A DNA stretch of 64,000 nucleotides from Callorhinchus milii (lineage: Eukaryota): NCBI RefSeq assembly GCF_018977255.1, contig NW_024704743.1, positions 86,306,001 through 86,370,000 of the forward strand. Reading direction: 5' to 3'. Positions 1-12,878 of this stretch are shown one piece after another; position 1 is the first letter of the stretch; every line of letters starts with the position of its first letter. The notes under the pieces were generated by a model. It was not told where the DNA came from. It saw only the letters and a list, made by a program, of their open reading frames with translations, and did no database searches. A program made the position numbers and the translations under genes.

Positions 1-243
1 GCAAACAGTGTCAAGGAAATGTCGACTGTCAGGGCCAGGGCAGATATTTCCCTAATGCAATAAATATATATGTATACGTTATTGGTGTGCTTGTTATTGA
101 CCAAAAGGTGGATGAAAAGCTACGTCGCCGATACATTTTGTAGGTTATAGTGGTTGTAATTCATTTGGATATCTTAAAAACTGATGAGCTTTGAATCTGT
201 GCTGAGTTACTTGATCTCAGCCAAGGCAGCATTTCTGGTGATA

Positions 244-420
244 CAACAACCCAACTTGCACTTATAGAGTGTCCTCCACGCAGGGTAGAGTCTCAGAGCG
301 CTTAACAGTGGTGGAGCCTGACTCCGAGCTGAGGGGGAGGGAGGAGGTGGCCATAAGCACTTCAGGAAAGTCTTCAGGTGGGAATTGAAAGAGGGAAGAG
401 AGGGGGCAAGGCGGAGGGAC
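244..420 (-). mobile_element. L2 LINE 3' end fragment
   Basis: Reverse complement ends in ...TATAAGTGCAAGTTGGGTTGTTGT and encodes an LRLAPSLPSFNSHLKTFL-like L2 C-terminus, similar to the 3' end of the L2 at 36.4-36.7 kb. Confidence 0.8.
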
Positions 421-854
421 ACAATTGCCCTCAGCAGCTTGTTGTTAGTGGAAAGAAAAGTCAGGCTGTGAAAGTGATTTCGAGTGGGTGTCAGGTGAGG
501 ACTGATTTAGGATTGTATTTAGTTGTGATATTTGCACATGGTCAAATGATCTGTTGACAATTATCATCTAGGAACAGAGATAAGGGAAGGAAATAGGTCT
601 ATGAAAGGTGGGTGATGAGTGCAAAAGTCAGACAAGTTTCCATCCACTGTTAAAGACAAATGCAAAAAGAGCTCTATATTTTAGAATCCAATAATGATCA
701 AGTTGTGCAGTTTATTTTTGCTTATATTGTACATGTCATGATTTACATTAAATCCGTTGTAGTGATTTTAATCGTATATATTATATATATTATATTTTAA
801 TCTGTTCCTTTAATGGATACTTCCGGAAGGATTTCTTCATAAAACATCATTTAC

Positions 855-1258
855 AGAAAAAAACTTTCATTTGATATAGTGTCTTTCACTTTGGGAAAAC
901 ACTCAAAGCATGTTACAGGATTTACTGTGTATTTTTGTAGATGAAAATGGGGAATCAATTTGCAACATAACAATGTTCTACAAATAGCGCTGACATTAAT
1001 GATCAATTTAATTGTTGGATGGATACTGGAAGAAACTCTTTTCTTTTTGAGTAGTTCCTTGGAATCTTCAACGTAACCCTCAACAGACAAATTCGACTTT
1101 GGTTTCACATCTCACTCAAAGAATGGCACCTTCAGCAATATAACGTTGACACTTTATCGGAGTGTCAGCCTAGATTATGAACTAAAAGTCCCATGGGGCC
1201 TGAACCTACAACCTTCTGACCCAAAAGCAAAGCTGCTGCCAACTGAGCCAGGCTGACA
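855..1258 (-). mobile_element. Old Deu-domain tRNA-SINE (SacSINE1-like), diverged
   Basis: Degenerate L2-type tail near 865-920 and tRNA-like head near 1195-1258 (GGGGCCTGAACCTACAACCTTCTGAC...AACTGAGCCA). Confidence 0.65.
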
Positions 1259-1981
1259 CCTAATTCGTAGTAAACATGGCAAAAAATCTTGTTAATCTGA
1301 TATTTTTGTCAGACTCAATACTCTTTACTGACAAAAAGGAAAGTGACAAGTTGAACGGCAATGTAAAATACATGTGCACAACTGTCTCTGTGAATATAAA
1401 GCTTGTTACTTTAATGCAGCAATACAATACCTCTGTGGAAAAAAGTTTACTTTCTCAGTGCTCTAATCTTTGGGGAAGAAACGTGAGATTTAGCAATATT
1501 CTAGCTCCCGAAGAACAAAAATAGTTGTGAATATTTTAAGATGAGATCATAATAGTCCTTGACTTAAATTTCCTCCACTTTTACTGCCATATGTGACACA
1601 CACTCCCATGGGATAGTAGTATTTAAGATAACCTTGAGAATGTGTGAGATTATATAATGGCAATTCCATTGCACACAACCAAAATCTTGTGAGGTCCACA
1701 TTGCTACATGACAAGGAAGGTCAAAAACAGACATCCAACGAATGAGTTATGTTGTAGCTGATCAGCGCTGAACTGCTAACTGGACATTTTAGGAAAGCCC
1801 ATTTCAAACATTATTTGAAAAGCTAATAGAGTTCTTGTAAGAACAACAGACAAGATCTTGTCTGATACTAGAGTTCGAAGTTTGAATCTCTCTCTCTCTC
1901 TCTCTCTTTGCCCTTATAGACCCAATCCAATGTTGACAGAGTAATTGGTTAGTATCCTCAAATTTAAATATATAAAAAAAA

Positions 1982-2083
1982 AGTCAATTCACTTTACAGT
2001 ATATTCTGTGAAGCGCTTTGAGAGTTTCGAAGACTTGATCAGGTGCTATATCAAATGCAAGGATTATTATTATATATTATATT
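1982..2083 (+). mobile_element. tRNA/Deu SINE 3' fragment
   Basis: AGTCAATTCACTTTACAGTATATTCTGTGAAGCGCTTTG...TATATCAAATGCAAGGATTATTAT matches the SINE 3' end. Confidence 0.85.
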
Positions 2084-2606
2084 AACGCTCCTTTCCTCCA
2101 TACTCATCTATTTGAAGCACTTAGAGACATTCATCCTCTGTAAAGTATAATAAATACTTGTTTCTGACCATTTAATCTCTGCTTGGAGTTTTAGTTCTGT
2201 GAGTCATGGCTACCTCTATTTCTGTGAACATGAGCAATGTTCTGTTAATGCATGACAGAGAGATTCACAAACAACAGAAATGGTGACTGAAACTTTGCCA
2301 TTCAGCTTTCCCATTGCAGTGCTCATGGCAACATTTTTGGAAGTTAACTTTATGGTATTACAAGACCATTTGTTAACTTACAATTCATGAATACAATACA
2401 ATTTACCATTATATAGTGCCTTTTTGCATCAGGAGGATGTCCCAAAATACAGTGCTGGATAGGCACCCAAATCAAGTCAAAGGCCTGAAATTTAACTGAG
2501 TCTTAGCCTACATAAGACCTTTTTGTCTCAGGATATAAGATTCTGCAGAACTGCAGAAAACAGGCTTTCTAATTAATTGAAGAATTTTCCTTAATTAACT
2601 TTGCTA

Positions 2607-2981
2607 AGTCCTGTAGTTTAGTGGTTAGAACACTCGCTTTGCAAGAAGAGGACGTGGGTTCGTTTCCTGGGCAGGGCAAAAAGTTGGGCAAGTTTCCTTA
2701 CTACGCACCCTGCTTACCTAGCAATAAGTAGGAACCCAGTTGTTAGTCGATTGGCAGATCGGTTTTCCGGGGGTAATAATCCCTTCTAAACAAATCAATA
2801 AATAAATAATAATTTGGTCACTCATTCCTCGACTGTTTGTGGGACACTGTTGTACGCAATTGGCTGTTGCATTTTGCCCACAAAATATACAATCAATTCA
2901 CTTTACGGTATATTCTGCGAAGCGCTTTGAGGCATCTCGAAGACATGATAAGGCACTATATCAAATGCAAGGATTATTATT
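2607..2981 (+). mobile_element. tRNA-Ala SINE, intermediate (long central domain) subfamily
   Basis: tRNA head, extra TTACCTAGCA.TAAGTAGGAA..CAGTTGTTAGTCGATTGGCAGA segment, Deu 3' part, L2 tail with (ATT)n. Confidence 0.9.
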
Positions 2982-3482
2982 TACAAATTCAACCTGGGAT
3001 CTAGATTTACTTTTTTTCTTAACATTTCAGAGCACACAGAAGATGGCAATTTAAATAAATATATTCATGGATTTTCCATTTTTAATAATACAACTAACAA
3101 GAGGAGAAAAACAAACACCTTAAACATGTAAATCTAGAAAAGGATGAATCAAATATATAGAATTACATAGAAAGTTAAAGTTCGGAAAGAGGTCATTTGA
3201 CTCAACTAGTCCATGTTGGTATTTACGCTTCACACAAGCCTCCACAAAAGCTTAATATTTCCTTCTCAGTATGGTGTACACTAACTAGATTTGGAAAATT
3301 CTTAAATATTCATAATTTTGAAGCTGGCTATTTGTAGGTTTATTTTAAGCAAACTACAGACAAATTTCATCAGCTTGAAAGTTACAACTTAATTTATCAA
3401 TTTGGTAAATTCTGAACACTTTGAAATGCACAGAATGTTGAGTAAATCTACACAACTGGCATTCCTCACCAATAACGGTCTC

Positions 3483-3804
3483 GAGTCCTGTAGCTCAGTG
3501 GTTAGAGCACTCGCTTTGCAAGTGAGAGACCTGAGTTCAATTCCAGGCAGGGCGAAACCTTGGGCAAGATTCCTTACTCCACACGGCCTAATAATAATCC
3601 CTCCAAAACAAAAACAATAATAAATTGGTCATTTTCAATCCCTGACTGTTTGTGGGTCATTGCTGTGCGCAATTGGCTGCCGCGTTCGCCCACAAATATA
3701 CAGTCAATTCACTTTACAGTCTATTCTGTGAAGCGCTTTGGGACGTCCTCCCGACGTGAAAAGCGCTATATCAAATGCAAGGATTATTATTATTATTATT
3801 ATTA
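3483..3804 (+). mobile_element. tRNA-Ala SINE, young short subfamily, full length
   Basis: A box (TAGCTCAGTGG), B box (GAGTTCAATTCC), TGC anticodon loop, Deu motif GCTGTGCGCAATTGGCTGCCGCGTT, L2 stem-loop tail, (ATT)n. Confidence 0.95.
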
Positions 3805-4743
3805 TACATTTATGCAGAATCTTAGGGCTTTACTATTATTTATTTATTATTATTTAGTGTTTACTATTTAGAGGATGTGACAAATTTGTAATAGTTTGGA
3901 ATTAGTGTAGAGATCTTTTTGAGGCAATTTCCAAAACTTTCTCTGAGGCAACTGAAGCATAGCTTGGGATCTAATCATTATCTAATTGTGAACCCGTCCT
4001 AAAAAAAATCCATGGAATTTTGGCTCGCTTGTTACCAATTGCCTGCTTGCAATATCCCCTTGATGGCATAATAAGGTCTTTGAAAGATGATATTTCAAAA
4101 GTCACATATTTTGACGGTTAGTGAAGAGCAAACCAGATCTCGCAAGAGTACCTCCAACTGGCTTGTAGGAACTCTGTATAACAGGTGGATGTTGCATTAA
4201 TATAGCATTCACACCACTTCGGTCTCATCCCCATACTATTTAGAATAGATCATGTAAGTTGTTTCAAAACCTTTTTACCATCTAACTCTGTGGCAAGTAG
4301 AAAGAAACCTGGAGTTATCTGTTGACTTTAAAGAAAAAACAGGCTTTTATTTCCTGGATTCCAACAAAAGAAATTTCACCCTCATGCGATGTGCTGAGTT
4401 CTCCATTTCCAGATGGTCAGCTTCAGTTTTCACAATCTGTGGTGGTTTTAATAACTATTACCTTATTAAGTGCCACAAACATACATAAAAAACATAAGGG
4501 GCAGATCAACACAGAGCCCAATTGCCAGCAACCACTGTTTAAGGGGAAACACTTGATTTTCTGGCAAGCTTCAATCAGGAAGATCACAGTGTGCTAGCTA
4601 CTAAACAGTGCGAACATTTCATCAGAGCTTTGAGTGAAAGTAAACAGTGGCCAGATAAAGCAGCGTTAATATGGTGTGAATTGACTACATAGCCTGAATT
4701 GAAAGTACATATAGTCTGTGCTTCATTATAATAGTGAAGATAG

Positions 4744-5066
4744 ATAATAATAATAATCCTTGCATTTGATATAGCGCTTTTCACGTCGAGAGGACGTCCC
4801 AAAGCGCTTTACAGAACACACTGTAAAGTGAATTGACTGTGTATTTGTGGGCGAACGCGGCAGCCAATTGCGCACAGCAATGTCCCACAAACAGTCGTGG
4901 ATTGAAAATGACCAATTTATTATTGTTTTTGGTTTTGGAGGGATTATTATTAGGCTCTGTGTGGAGTAAGGAAACTTGCCCAAGGTTTCGCCCTGACCTG
5001 CTGGGGATTGAACTCAGGTCTCTCGCTTGCAAAGCGAATGCTCTAACCACTGAGCTACAGGACTCC
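4744..5066 (-). mobile_element. tRNA-Ala SINE, young subfamily, full length
   Basis: Reverse complement is nearly identical to 3483-3804. Confidence 0.95.
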
Positions 5067-5460
5067 ACCAGCTATCTGTGAATAGAGGATTCAATTTGCA
5101 GAATGTGGAATCCAGCTACAATTCTCATCGGTCAGTGGCAACTCTGCTCTGGAACTAAATGGTGCCAGAAGGGAGCACTCAGTTGGAGTTGGAGTGATGC
5201 ACTTTCAGTCACCGGGAGGGGTTTTCATTTGGATTTCTCTTAAAGGAATTCTATAATGTTTACTGAATTAAAAGGAGGCTGCTAGTCAGCTCCATGATAG
5301 CTTTTCATTGTAGATTATTTGTGAACAAAATTGGTTTTTAAAAAATGTTTTTTTCTGGAAAAAAAACATTCTCCGATTGTTTTGAGGGGCTTCCTGCATT
5401 AGTATGAAATGCAGTCCTGCTATTGCAAAACAGTCTATTTAATGGCCTGAAAGATTCTTT

Positions 5461-6650
5461 ACTGAATCTTCGCGGACCTGCCCTTGCCTGGTTCGATTCC
5501 TATCTCTCTCACCGTCTCCACTTTGTTGCCTCTAACGGTTTCCCCTCCAGGCCCCCACCCACACTGTCACATCTGGTGTCCCCCAGGGCTCTGTCCTTGG
5601 CCCTCTTCTCTTTAATATCTACATGTTCCCCCTTGGTGACATCATCCGCAGACATGGGGTCAACTTCCACATGCATGCGGATGACACCCAACTCTATCTT
5701 TCTGCCTCCACCTTCAACTCCAGGACCACTGCTGTCCTGACAGACTGCCTGTCGGACATCAAGTCCTGGATGAGGGCAAATTTCCTACAGTTGAATGTGA
5801 CCAAGACTGAGGCCCTCCTGATTGGCTCGCGCCAACGCCTCTGCACCTCAGGCTCTGGCAACATCAACCTCCATGGTTGCACATTACAACTCACCAAGCC
5901 AGTCAGGAACCTGGTGTCTTGTTCGACCCTCAATTGTCTTTTCTTCCACACATCCAAGCCATGACCCACTCTGCCTTCCCTCACCTCCGTAACATCACCC
6001 GACTCCACCACTACCTCACCCCTCAGGCCGCTAAAACTCTTGTTCATGCCTTCATCACCTCCAGGCTCAACTATACAAATGCCCTGCTAGTCAGCCTTCC
6101 CAACTCCTCCCTCCACAGGCTGCAGATAATCCAGAACTCTGTAACCCCTGTCCTCTCCTGGACCAAATTCTTTGACCCCCATCTCCCCCACTCTCACCCG
6201 ACTCCATTGGCTCCCTATACTTCAGAGGATCCAGTTCAAGATCCTGGTCCTCACCTACAAAGCCCTCCATGGCCTCGCCCACCCTACCTCTGCGACCTCC
6301 TAACCCATACCAAACCGCCCACTCCCTCCGCTCAGCCGGCTCTGGCCTGCTCCACTTCCCCCGACCCACCTGCCCCACCATTGTTGGGAGAGCCTTCAGC
6401 CACTCTGCCCCCAACCTCTGGAATTCCATCCCCCAATCACTCCGCCTCACCCCCTCCTTAGCCTCCTTCAAGTCCCGCCTCAAAACCCTTCTATTCGACC
6501 ATGCCATCGGCCACCCCCCTTCCCCTCCCCTCTCCCCCGACTGACCCCAGCTCGGGTCTGAAATGCTGTACACTGTCCAGCGCCTTGTGACGTCCTCCCG
6601 ACATGAAAGGTGCTATACAAATGTAATCTTGTTGTCGTTGCTGTTGTTGT
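5461..6650 (+). mobile_element. L2 LINE, 5'-truncated, frameshifted RT
   Basis: ORF fragments [62 protein letters not shown]; (TTG)n-like tail. Confidence 0.95.
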
Positions 6651-7142
6651 ATCTTGTTAAGTCAAGTGCCAGTCGGACTTTGCTGGTAGTGTTCTTGCTT
6701 CTGAGTTAGAAGGTTGGAACTTCAAGCTCCATGTGGGAATTTTTGCTTAGAGTCCGGGCTGGCAGTCCAATACAGTGCTTAATTCTCTCTGGATTTAAAT
6801 AAGCAGCGTGCATCCTCCAGTGAGAGTTTGCATTCCATTCCGGATACAGGGAAATTTCCATGTGTAGGCCCTTGCTTTCATAAAACAGCCAGTTAATGGC
6901 CCAGAAATTACCATGTTAAACAAAGTTTCAGCATAGATCAGCTCTTAAACCAAATTGAAAATGAAATGCGCGCGTGACAGAACATCCTCATACATATAAG
7001 ATAAATGGGCCAATATAATTTGATTGGAATACATCTTTGTGCAATCACTCTTTCATTCCAGAGCATGGAAGCCTAAAGAGCTGTTTCACTAGGCTGTATT
7101 GAGGAGGACAGGACTCCAGACTCCACTGATGAATTACCAGAC

Positions 7143-7445
7143 AATAATAACAATAATCTTTGCATTTGATGTGGTGCCTCATATTGTTTATGTATTGTTG
7201 AAACACCTCAAAGTGCTTCACAGAATTTTACTGTAAAGTATATTGGTTGTATATTTGTAGGCAAACCTGGCAGCCAATTTTGTGCACAACAATGTCCCAC
7301 AAACAGTTATGAAGTGAATGACCAATCTTAACCGGGCAATTGTTGATTAGGAGAAATTCCCTTCTCTTTTTAAATAGTGCCATGAGATCCATATCATCTA
7401 CTTGAACAGGTAGACAGGACCTTGGTTTAACATCTTATCTGATGG
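7143..7445 (-). mobile_element. Old Deu-domain SINE
   Basis: Diverged tail and Deu motifs (GGCAGCCAATTTTGTGCACAACAATGTCCCACAAACAG; AATAGTGCCATGAGATC). Confidence 0.8.
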
Positions 7446-8239
7446 ACACAGTGGAACAGCACTGTAATTTGTCTAGTGTTCCCCATTATGCCAATCAATT
7501 TTGGGGGTTCTATGTTCTTCCAAGTGTCCATCACCATCTTTGGAGCTCTCAAGTATTTGGCAAGAGATCAAGGAACCCTTGGAGTTTCCAATCATTTAGG
7601 AAAATATCAATGTGGACTTGCAATTTTCAATTGGTTAAGGCAAAATGAAACAGATGTAGCATAAAGCTAGTGCTTGGAAGTCCAATGAGGAATACAAGGT
7701 TTCATTCCTACTTCCCCTCACTACCACAAACAATTGCATTGAGCTCAAGAAAATAGAACCACTGTAGAATTTACTATGCACTTAATGGACAATAAACTAT
7801 AAATGCACAATGAACAATAGTTGTAGCATATGCCTAGGTATGTGACTAGCTGCATATTAATTACTATACAATCCATATCTTGATCAGTGTAAGTTATGGT
7901 CAGTCTGGTTGTTATCATGAAATGTAGGAAAATATTGCTGCATACCGATATCTTAACCTAAAGTTGTACAAGACATTTTTTCCATGAATGCCCTGCAAAT
8001 ATATGGGTAATAACTGGTTGTCCTTTAAAGTAACATCTGTGCTTTTATTACTGTTGAGCCTTTGTAGTTACACCCATCACTTTGGAGCACAGTGTGCATT
8101 AGAAAGTGCATACTTCATGGTTTAATGGACGAATGACCAACTTAGTTTGTTTCGACCACTGTTGCATGTATTGTGACAATGACATTTTAGTTTAAAAAAT
8201 ACATATGACATTCCATGATCTTGCTACTTGGTAGAATCG

Positions 8240-8350
8240 TTATGTGACACTCATTTGAAATATTGCATGGATATGGTTAATTGAGGGAAAGCCCTGCCCA
8301 CTTTGGAGACTGATTGCAACCAAACATTTTTGCAGCAAGGTCATCTGCAT
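8240..8350 (-). mobile_element. Possible decayed hAT transposase dimerization-domain remnant
   Basis: Translation LLQKCLVAISLQSGQGFPSINHIHAIFQMSV resembles the hAT C-terminal pattern L..LP.STA.CERGFS.MN.I; degenerate. Confidence 0.3.
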
Positions 8351-9789
8351 GGTTAAGCATACTACATCCACCACCTGCAATGTCAGCCTGACCCCCAAGA
8401 TATCAACGATCCTAATCACGACCTCTTTGACTGTTGTTAGCATGAAACTATCTGTCTTAATGACCTACGTGATTGTTGGAGGACAGTTTGGAAATATTCC
8501 AATCATTGGCACTGTTCATTCCCTGTGTTTGGGTGTCATGCTCAAATTTCTCAGATACTATGAAATTCCAGTGAAGGTGCATTTCATTTCATACACATAC
8601 AGTATTCACTTTACAGCAAAGGTCACTGGATACTGAAGCAGTAAAGTCAAATTTCTACTTGATAGTTCCCATTCTTATCTCAGGGACACTAGGGTCTAAA
8701 ATGCAATGATTTCTAACAGGATTCTTTAATAAGGAAACCACTGAAATCTCCAGGAAAGTAGCCTATATTTGAAGCTTGAACAAGTTTGATTCCTTTTTAA
8801 GGAAGTCTATTCGATACCAGTTGTCTATGTGACCCACTGAGGCCAATTGTAACACTGCTGCTCTTGCTACAGCAAAGATTAGTTAATAACACAAACGCAG
8901 GAGGGGAAGGAGTCCTTGCAACATTCTGACGTCCGAAACCCTTTAGGAAAGGAACAAAAATAAAGTGCAGCAACATAAATTGGATCATTTTTTGGAATCT
9001 CCATTTAACTCCAATTCTTATCTGAGTTAGCTGTAATGGTCTTTGCAGAGCTATAGAATACTGACTTCAAAGTTATGCTGAATTGAAGAATTTGTCAAAT
9101 TCTACATTCTCTGAATTGCTTAGAAAAAAGTATAAGTCTACATCCATGTGAAATGTAGGTATGGATTTAATTGTGGATTCAGGTTATGGTTGGATCAGCC
9201 TTACAAACTCCAAGTGTGGACACCTGCTTATTGGATAATATTATGGGTTGAGCAGTGCATAATTGATTCTTATGATGGTTTCGATATGAAAGTAATATGC
9301 CATTGATATGTCTGGAAACCTTCCACGTTTTACGTGATAGAAAAAGACAAACATCAGAGGAGGCACAGTTAACATCTTTTGTATAGAATCATTTTGGCAG
9401 CAGCTCAGCTAACTTGTGGTCTGTCGCAATAAAATTCCACAGATGTTACGTGATTAGCTGAAACATTTGATTATTTAAAATTCATTGGGCCATTTCTTAG
9501 AGAACATTTCATGTCTTTTTTTCTAAGTCTGTGCTCTGGAGTTAGCAAAAAAATTGTCATCCATGTAAAAAGGATAAATTAACCCTTTGGGTGCTTTCCT
9601 TGTTGTTATGGTGCAATACTGAATAAATTGAGTGCTGTTCCAAATCACCAGCGAAAGGATATTATAGGTGTAATACTATAAAGTAAAACACCAACAACAA
9701 TTTGCATTTATATAGCATCTTTCATGTAGGAAAATAAATGCAAAGTTTTTCACAGAGAGGGTGGGGAAGATAGAGGGGAGACGAGGGAG

Positions 9790-10370
9790 TGTAGGGTTTT
9801 GTGACCAGAGTGTTTTGTCCTCAACCCATTCCATTTGTTCACCCTGAGGTAAGGTATTTGAACAGAGACAAAATATGATAAACTAAATATTATTTATTGC
9901 TAACCAAAAGAATGGTTACAACAGTTATAAAACACTTAAACTGCAGAAGATGATTCAGTGCTCAGTTCAATCAAGATTCTTACCCTGGGAGACCTGGAGT
10001 GACTACTGGTCGATGTTGCTTGTAGTTCTTAGTGTAGGCAGATAACTCCTCTGCGACAGCCACGATCTACCCCTGCCGCTGCTCACTCAAGTTTTTTAAC
10101 CCCTTTTTCTTCCTATCCTCTGCTGATTATTTGTGAGTCTTTCATATAAGACTATATAAGGACTTTTTTTCTGCCCTGGACGCGAAGTGTCCTGAGTCCA
10201 GTTTGAGTCAGTTCATTGTGTTTGATCCAGTTAACACCTTGCCTTTTGTTATGGCCAGTTGGTGTTAGACATCTCCTTTTCCTTGCAAGATGGTGTATGC
10301 ATGCCCTGAGGTCATTCGACTCGATGCTTTTCAGCTTGATGTTTCCTTTTTGCAGCTTCAGCAGCTTACA
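9790..10370 (-). mobile_element. Solo LTR (581 bp)
   Basis: TGTA...TACA termini; 4-bp TSD GGAG (9786-9789 and 10371-10374); AATAAA on the minus strand at 9893-9898; interrupts an L2 3' fragment. Confidence 0.75.
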
Positions 10371-10812
10371 GGAGATGACTGAAGGTGTTGTCAAGTTTTT
10401 AGAATGAATGACCTGCCTTTAACCAATTCATTCAATACCAACTCTTTCAATCCATTTTTCTGCCTTGTCTCCATATCCTTTAATATACTTGCATACCAAG
10501 TATCTGGATATGTCTTGAACACATCAATGACTGTGTATTTACAAACGTCTATTCACACAACCGTTTTGTGTAATGATTATTTTTTCTCGTCACTCCTTTC
10601 ACCAGTCAGTTTTAACATAAATGTCATGCCTGCTTGTGGTGAATTCCCAAACCAGAGAGAAGAGAGATTCATTGTTTACTTTGTCATTATTTTGAACCCT
10701 CAATAAGATCACCCCCCAAATCTCCAGAACCGCTAATAAATATCAACCCAGTTTGTCAGAGTTAAATCTTTTCATCCCAGTATCATCCTATTGCTGCACT
10801 TCCCTGGCGGTA

Positions 10813-10980
10813 AATACAACAACAACAACAACAACAATTTGCACTTATGCTGGACAGCATCGCAGAGTGCTTAACAATGGTGGAGCCCAAGGCCGAGCCA
10901 GGGGGAAGGGGAAGGTGACCGTAGACGTGGTCGAAAAAGAAGGTCTTCAGGCACGACCTGAACATAGGGAAGGAGAAAAT
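10813..10980 (-). mobile_element. L2 LINE 3' end fragment
   Basis: (CAA)n tail; translation FRSCLKTFFFDHVYG. Confidence 0.85.
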
Positions 10981-12225
10981 AAATTCTGCCTCAGGTGGGA
11001 CAGCTCAAAACTGAGTGTAATAGAGTATAATACAGTATTATTTGCTGTCTTTTGCTTGTGGGATTTAAACAATTACAATGTCATTTAAATAGCATTTAAC
11101 AACATTTTTCAAAATACAAATAAACGGCAGACCGGCAGTGTAATTACACCAAACTGGAAATTCTGGCTCGCTACCCCACATCTCTCCTGCATTAGTCTGG
11201 CTAGCCGGACACCAAATGAGGACTGACCTGCTATTGCAGCAGTCTCCCCAATTGCAGCAGTTCTTCCATGCTCTTACATTCTATGCATTGTAATAGTTAC
11301 AAATCAAAGACAATTTGTAAATGATAAATCCTGCCATTATATCAACCCACAGATACTCACCTGTTGTTTTCTATGCACAGAGTTTACTATTTGGATTTTG
11401 TGAGGAAAATCGCTGCTTTGAATGGGTCATTTTCATATTCTGGTCACTCATCATTCATAACACAGATTAGGTTCAGAGTAACACCAGCTCCCTGCTCTTC
11501 CATCTCCATTCAACTATGAAGTGTAATTTAGATTAACTTTACAAGAACATTTACATAGTGTAGTAATTCTCCTTCTTGGACCAACCACTCTCATGGCTGA
11601 GTGAGATTGCTAATGTAATACCAGATTTGGGGCCACGAGAACACATGCCACTGGGATGAAAAGAGTCCAAACTTATTTCTAGTTTTATCCCTTACAGCTA
11701 ACAAAGAGAGAAAGGAAACTAGACTGCATTCAGCTCCGTGTTCAGCTGATGACAGGCAAAGGTGCTAACCCACTGCACAACCTAATCTTCTCATGTTTTA
11801 TCTCTTTAAATTCCGAAGCCTGACCAGAATTCTCAAAACCTTCCAAAATCGAATCTGAAATCTAACTGTATATGTATGGTGAGCTGCTTATGTTATAATC
11901 CACATAAATCAAAGTGAGCGTATTTACAACCAACACCCGGCCACCCCCCCCACCCACCCCATACACACATCCTCAAGTTAATCAAGGAATTACAGCAAAC
12001 AGCACGCAGTGAACATGTCTAATAGTTTCATAACTTGTGTCCGCAGAACAATGAAGGGAAGGAAGCCTTACAGAAATGTAACCTGGCAATTTCAGAAGAA
12101 CTCCACTGGGAGGATAATAATTGATGGAATAATGATTCCTTTGCTGGGTTAATAAATAACCGCTAATCTGAGGCACGAAAAATATAAGTGGATTGTAAAC
12201 GGCTTTTTACCAATTGTTGTAGGTC

Positions 12226-12241
12226 TGCACCATCTAGTGGA
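12226..12241 (-). promoter_or_regulatory. CTCF-like motif
   Basis: Reverse complement TCCACTAGATGGTGCA matches the CTCF core CCASYAGRKGGCRS with one mismatch; lies in unique sequence. Confidence 0.45.
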
Positions 12242-12638
12242 CATTGAACAGGATAGGAGCTGTTAGCACAATGGAAAGCTTGAAGGATGGGTGTTCTAAG
12301 GTCACACTGAGAGTAGTTTAATTCTATCTGCATCTATCTGCAATATATTGTAGTGTGCTTCTGAATTTCTTCGTGATAAAGCCTTTACTCCAACTTTGAC
12401 CAACAATCTAAAACTTTTTTTTTAACAAATTAAGATGCCAAAGTGCTAAGATCATGTTGGGCAGCTGTGTTGAAAGTGTCAATGTTCAGGTCTGAACCAA
12501 AACCCAAATGGTATCTCAATTCAGACAAAGAAACGTTCAGATGTAGAGATGGATCCAGCAGTGAGATTATCATTTCAACTTGAATTGTCTGGTTGTGTCC
12601 GGGGGCCAAGTAGCCCTCATCTATGAAATGTCTTTTCA

Positions 12639-12878
12639 AGACTGAAATTTCACCTGGTCTTAGCCTGTAAGACTATTGTTTCTCAAAATTTTATATTGTG
12701 CAGAATTGTGGAAATTTTTCAATTCAGGCTTAATTTGGAAACTTTTCTGCAGTTCTTAAAAAAGAATTGGTTTGCAAATCAGGACTGAATCAAAGAATCT
12801 TCCACAGTTCTGTGCAATCTTAAATTTTAAGACTAGATTTCGGTCTTTACAAGATAAGATTAAATTGAAATTTGAGCC
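12639..12878. mobile_element. Palindromic MITE-like element, family A
   Basis: Left end GACTGAAATTTCACCTGGTCTTAGCCTGTAAGAC; right end reverse complement GGCTCAAATTTCAATTTAATCTTATCTTGTAAAGAC; related copies at 2482, 13219, 23339 and 23947. Confidence 0.65.

Noticed and set aside
181..200. CTGATGAG hammerhead-like box
   Set aside because: No stem II or GAAA box in the right position.
3560..3871. Recurrent ORF '[24 protein letters not shown]...KCKDYYYY' seen at many loci
   Set aside because: Chance translation of the SINE body and its (ATT)n tail.
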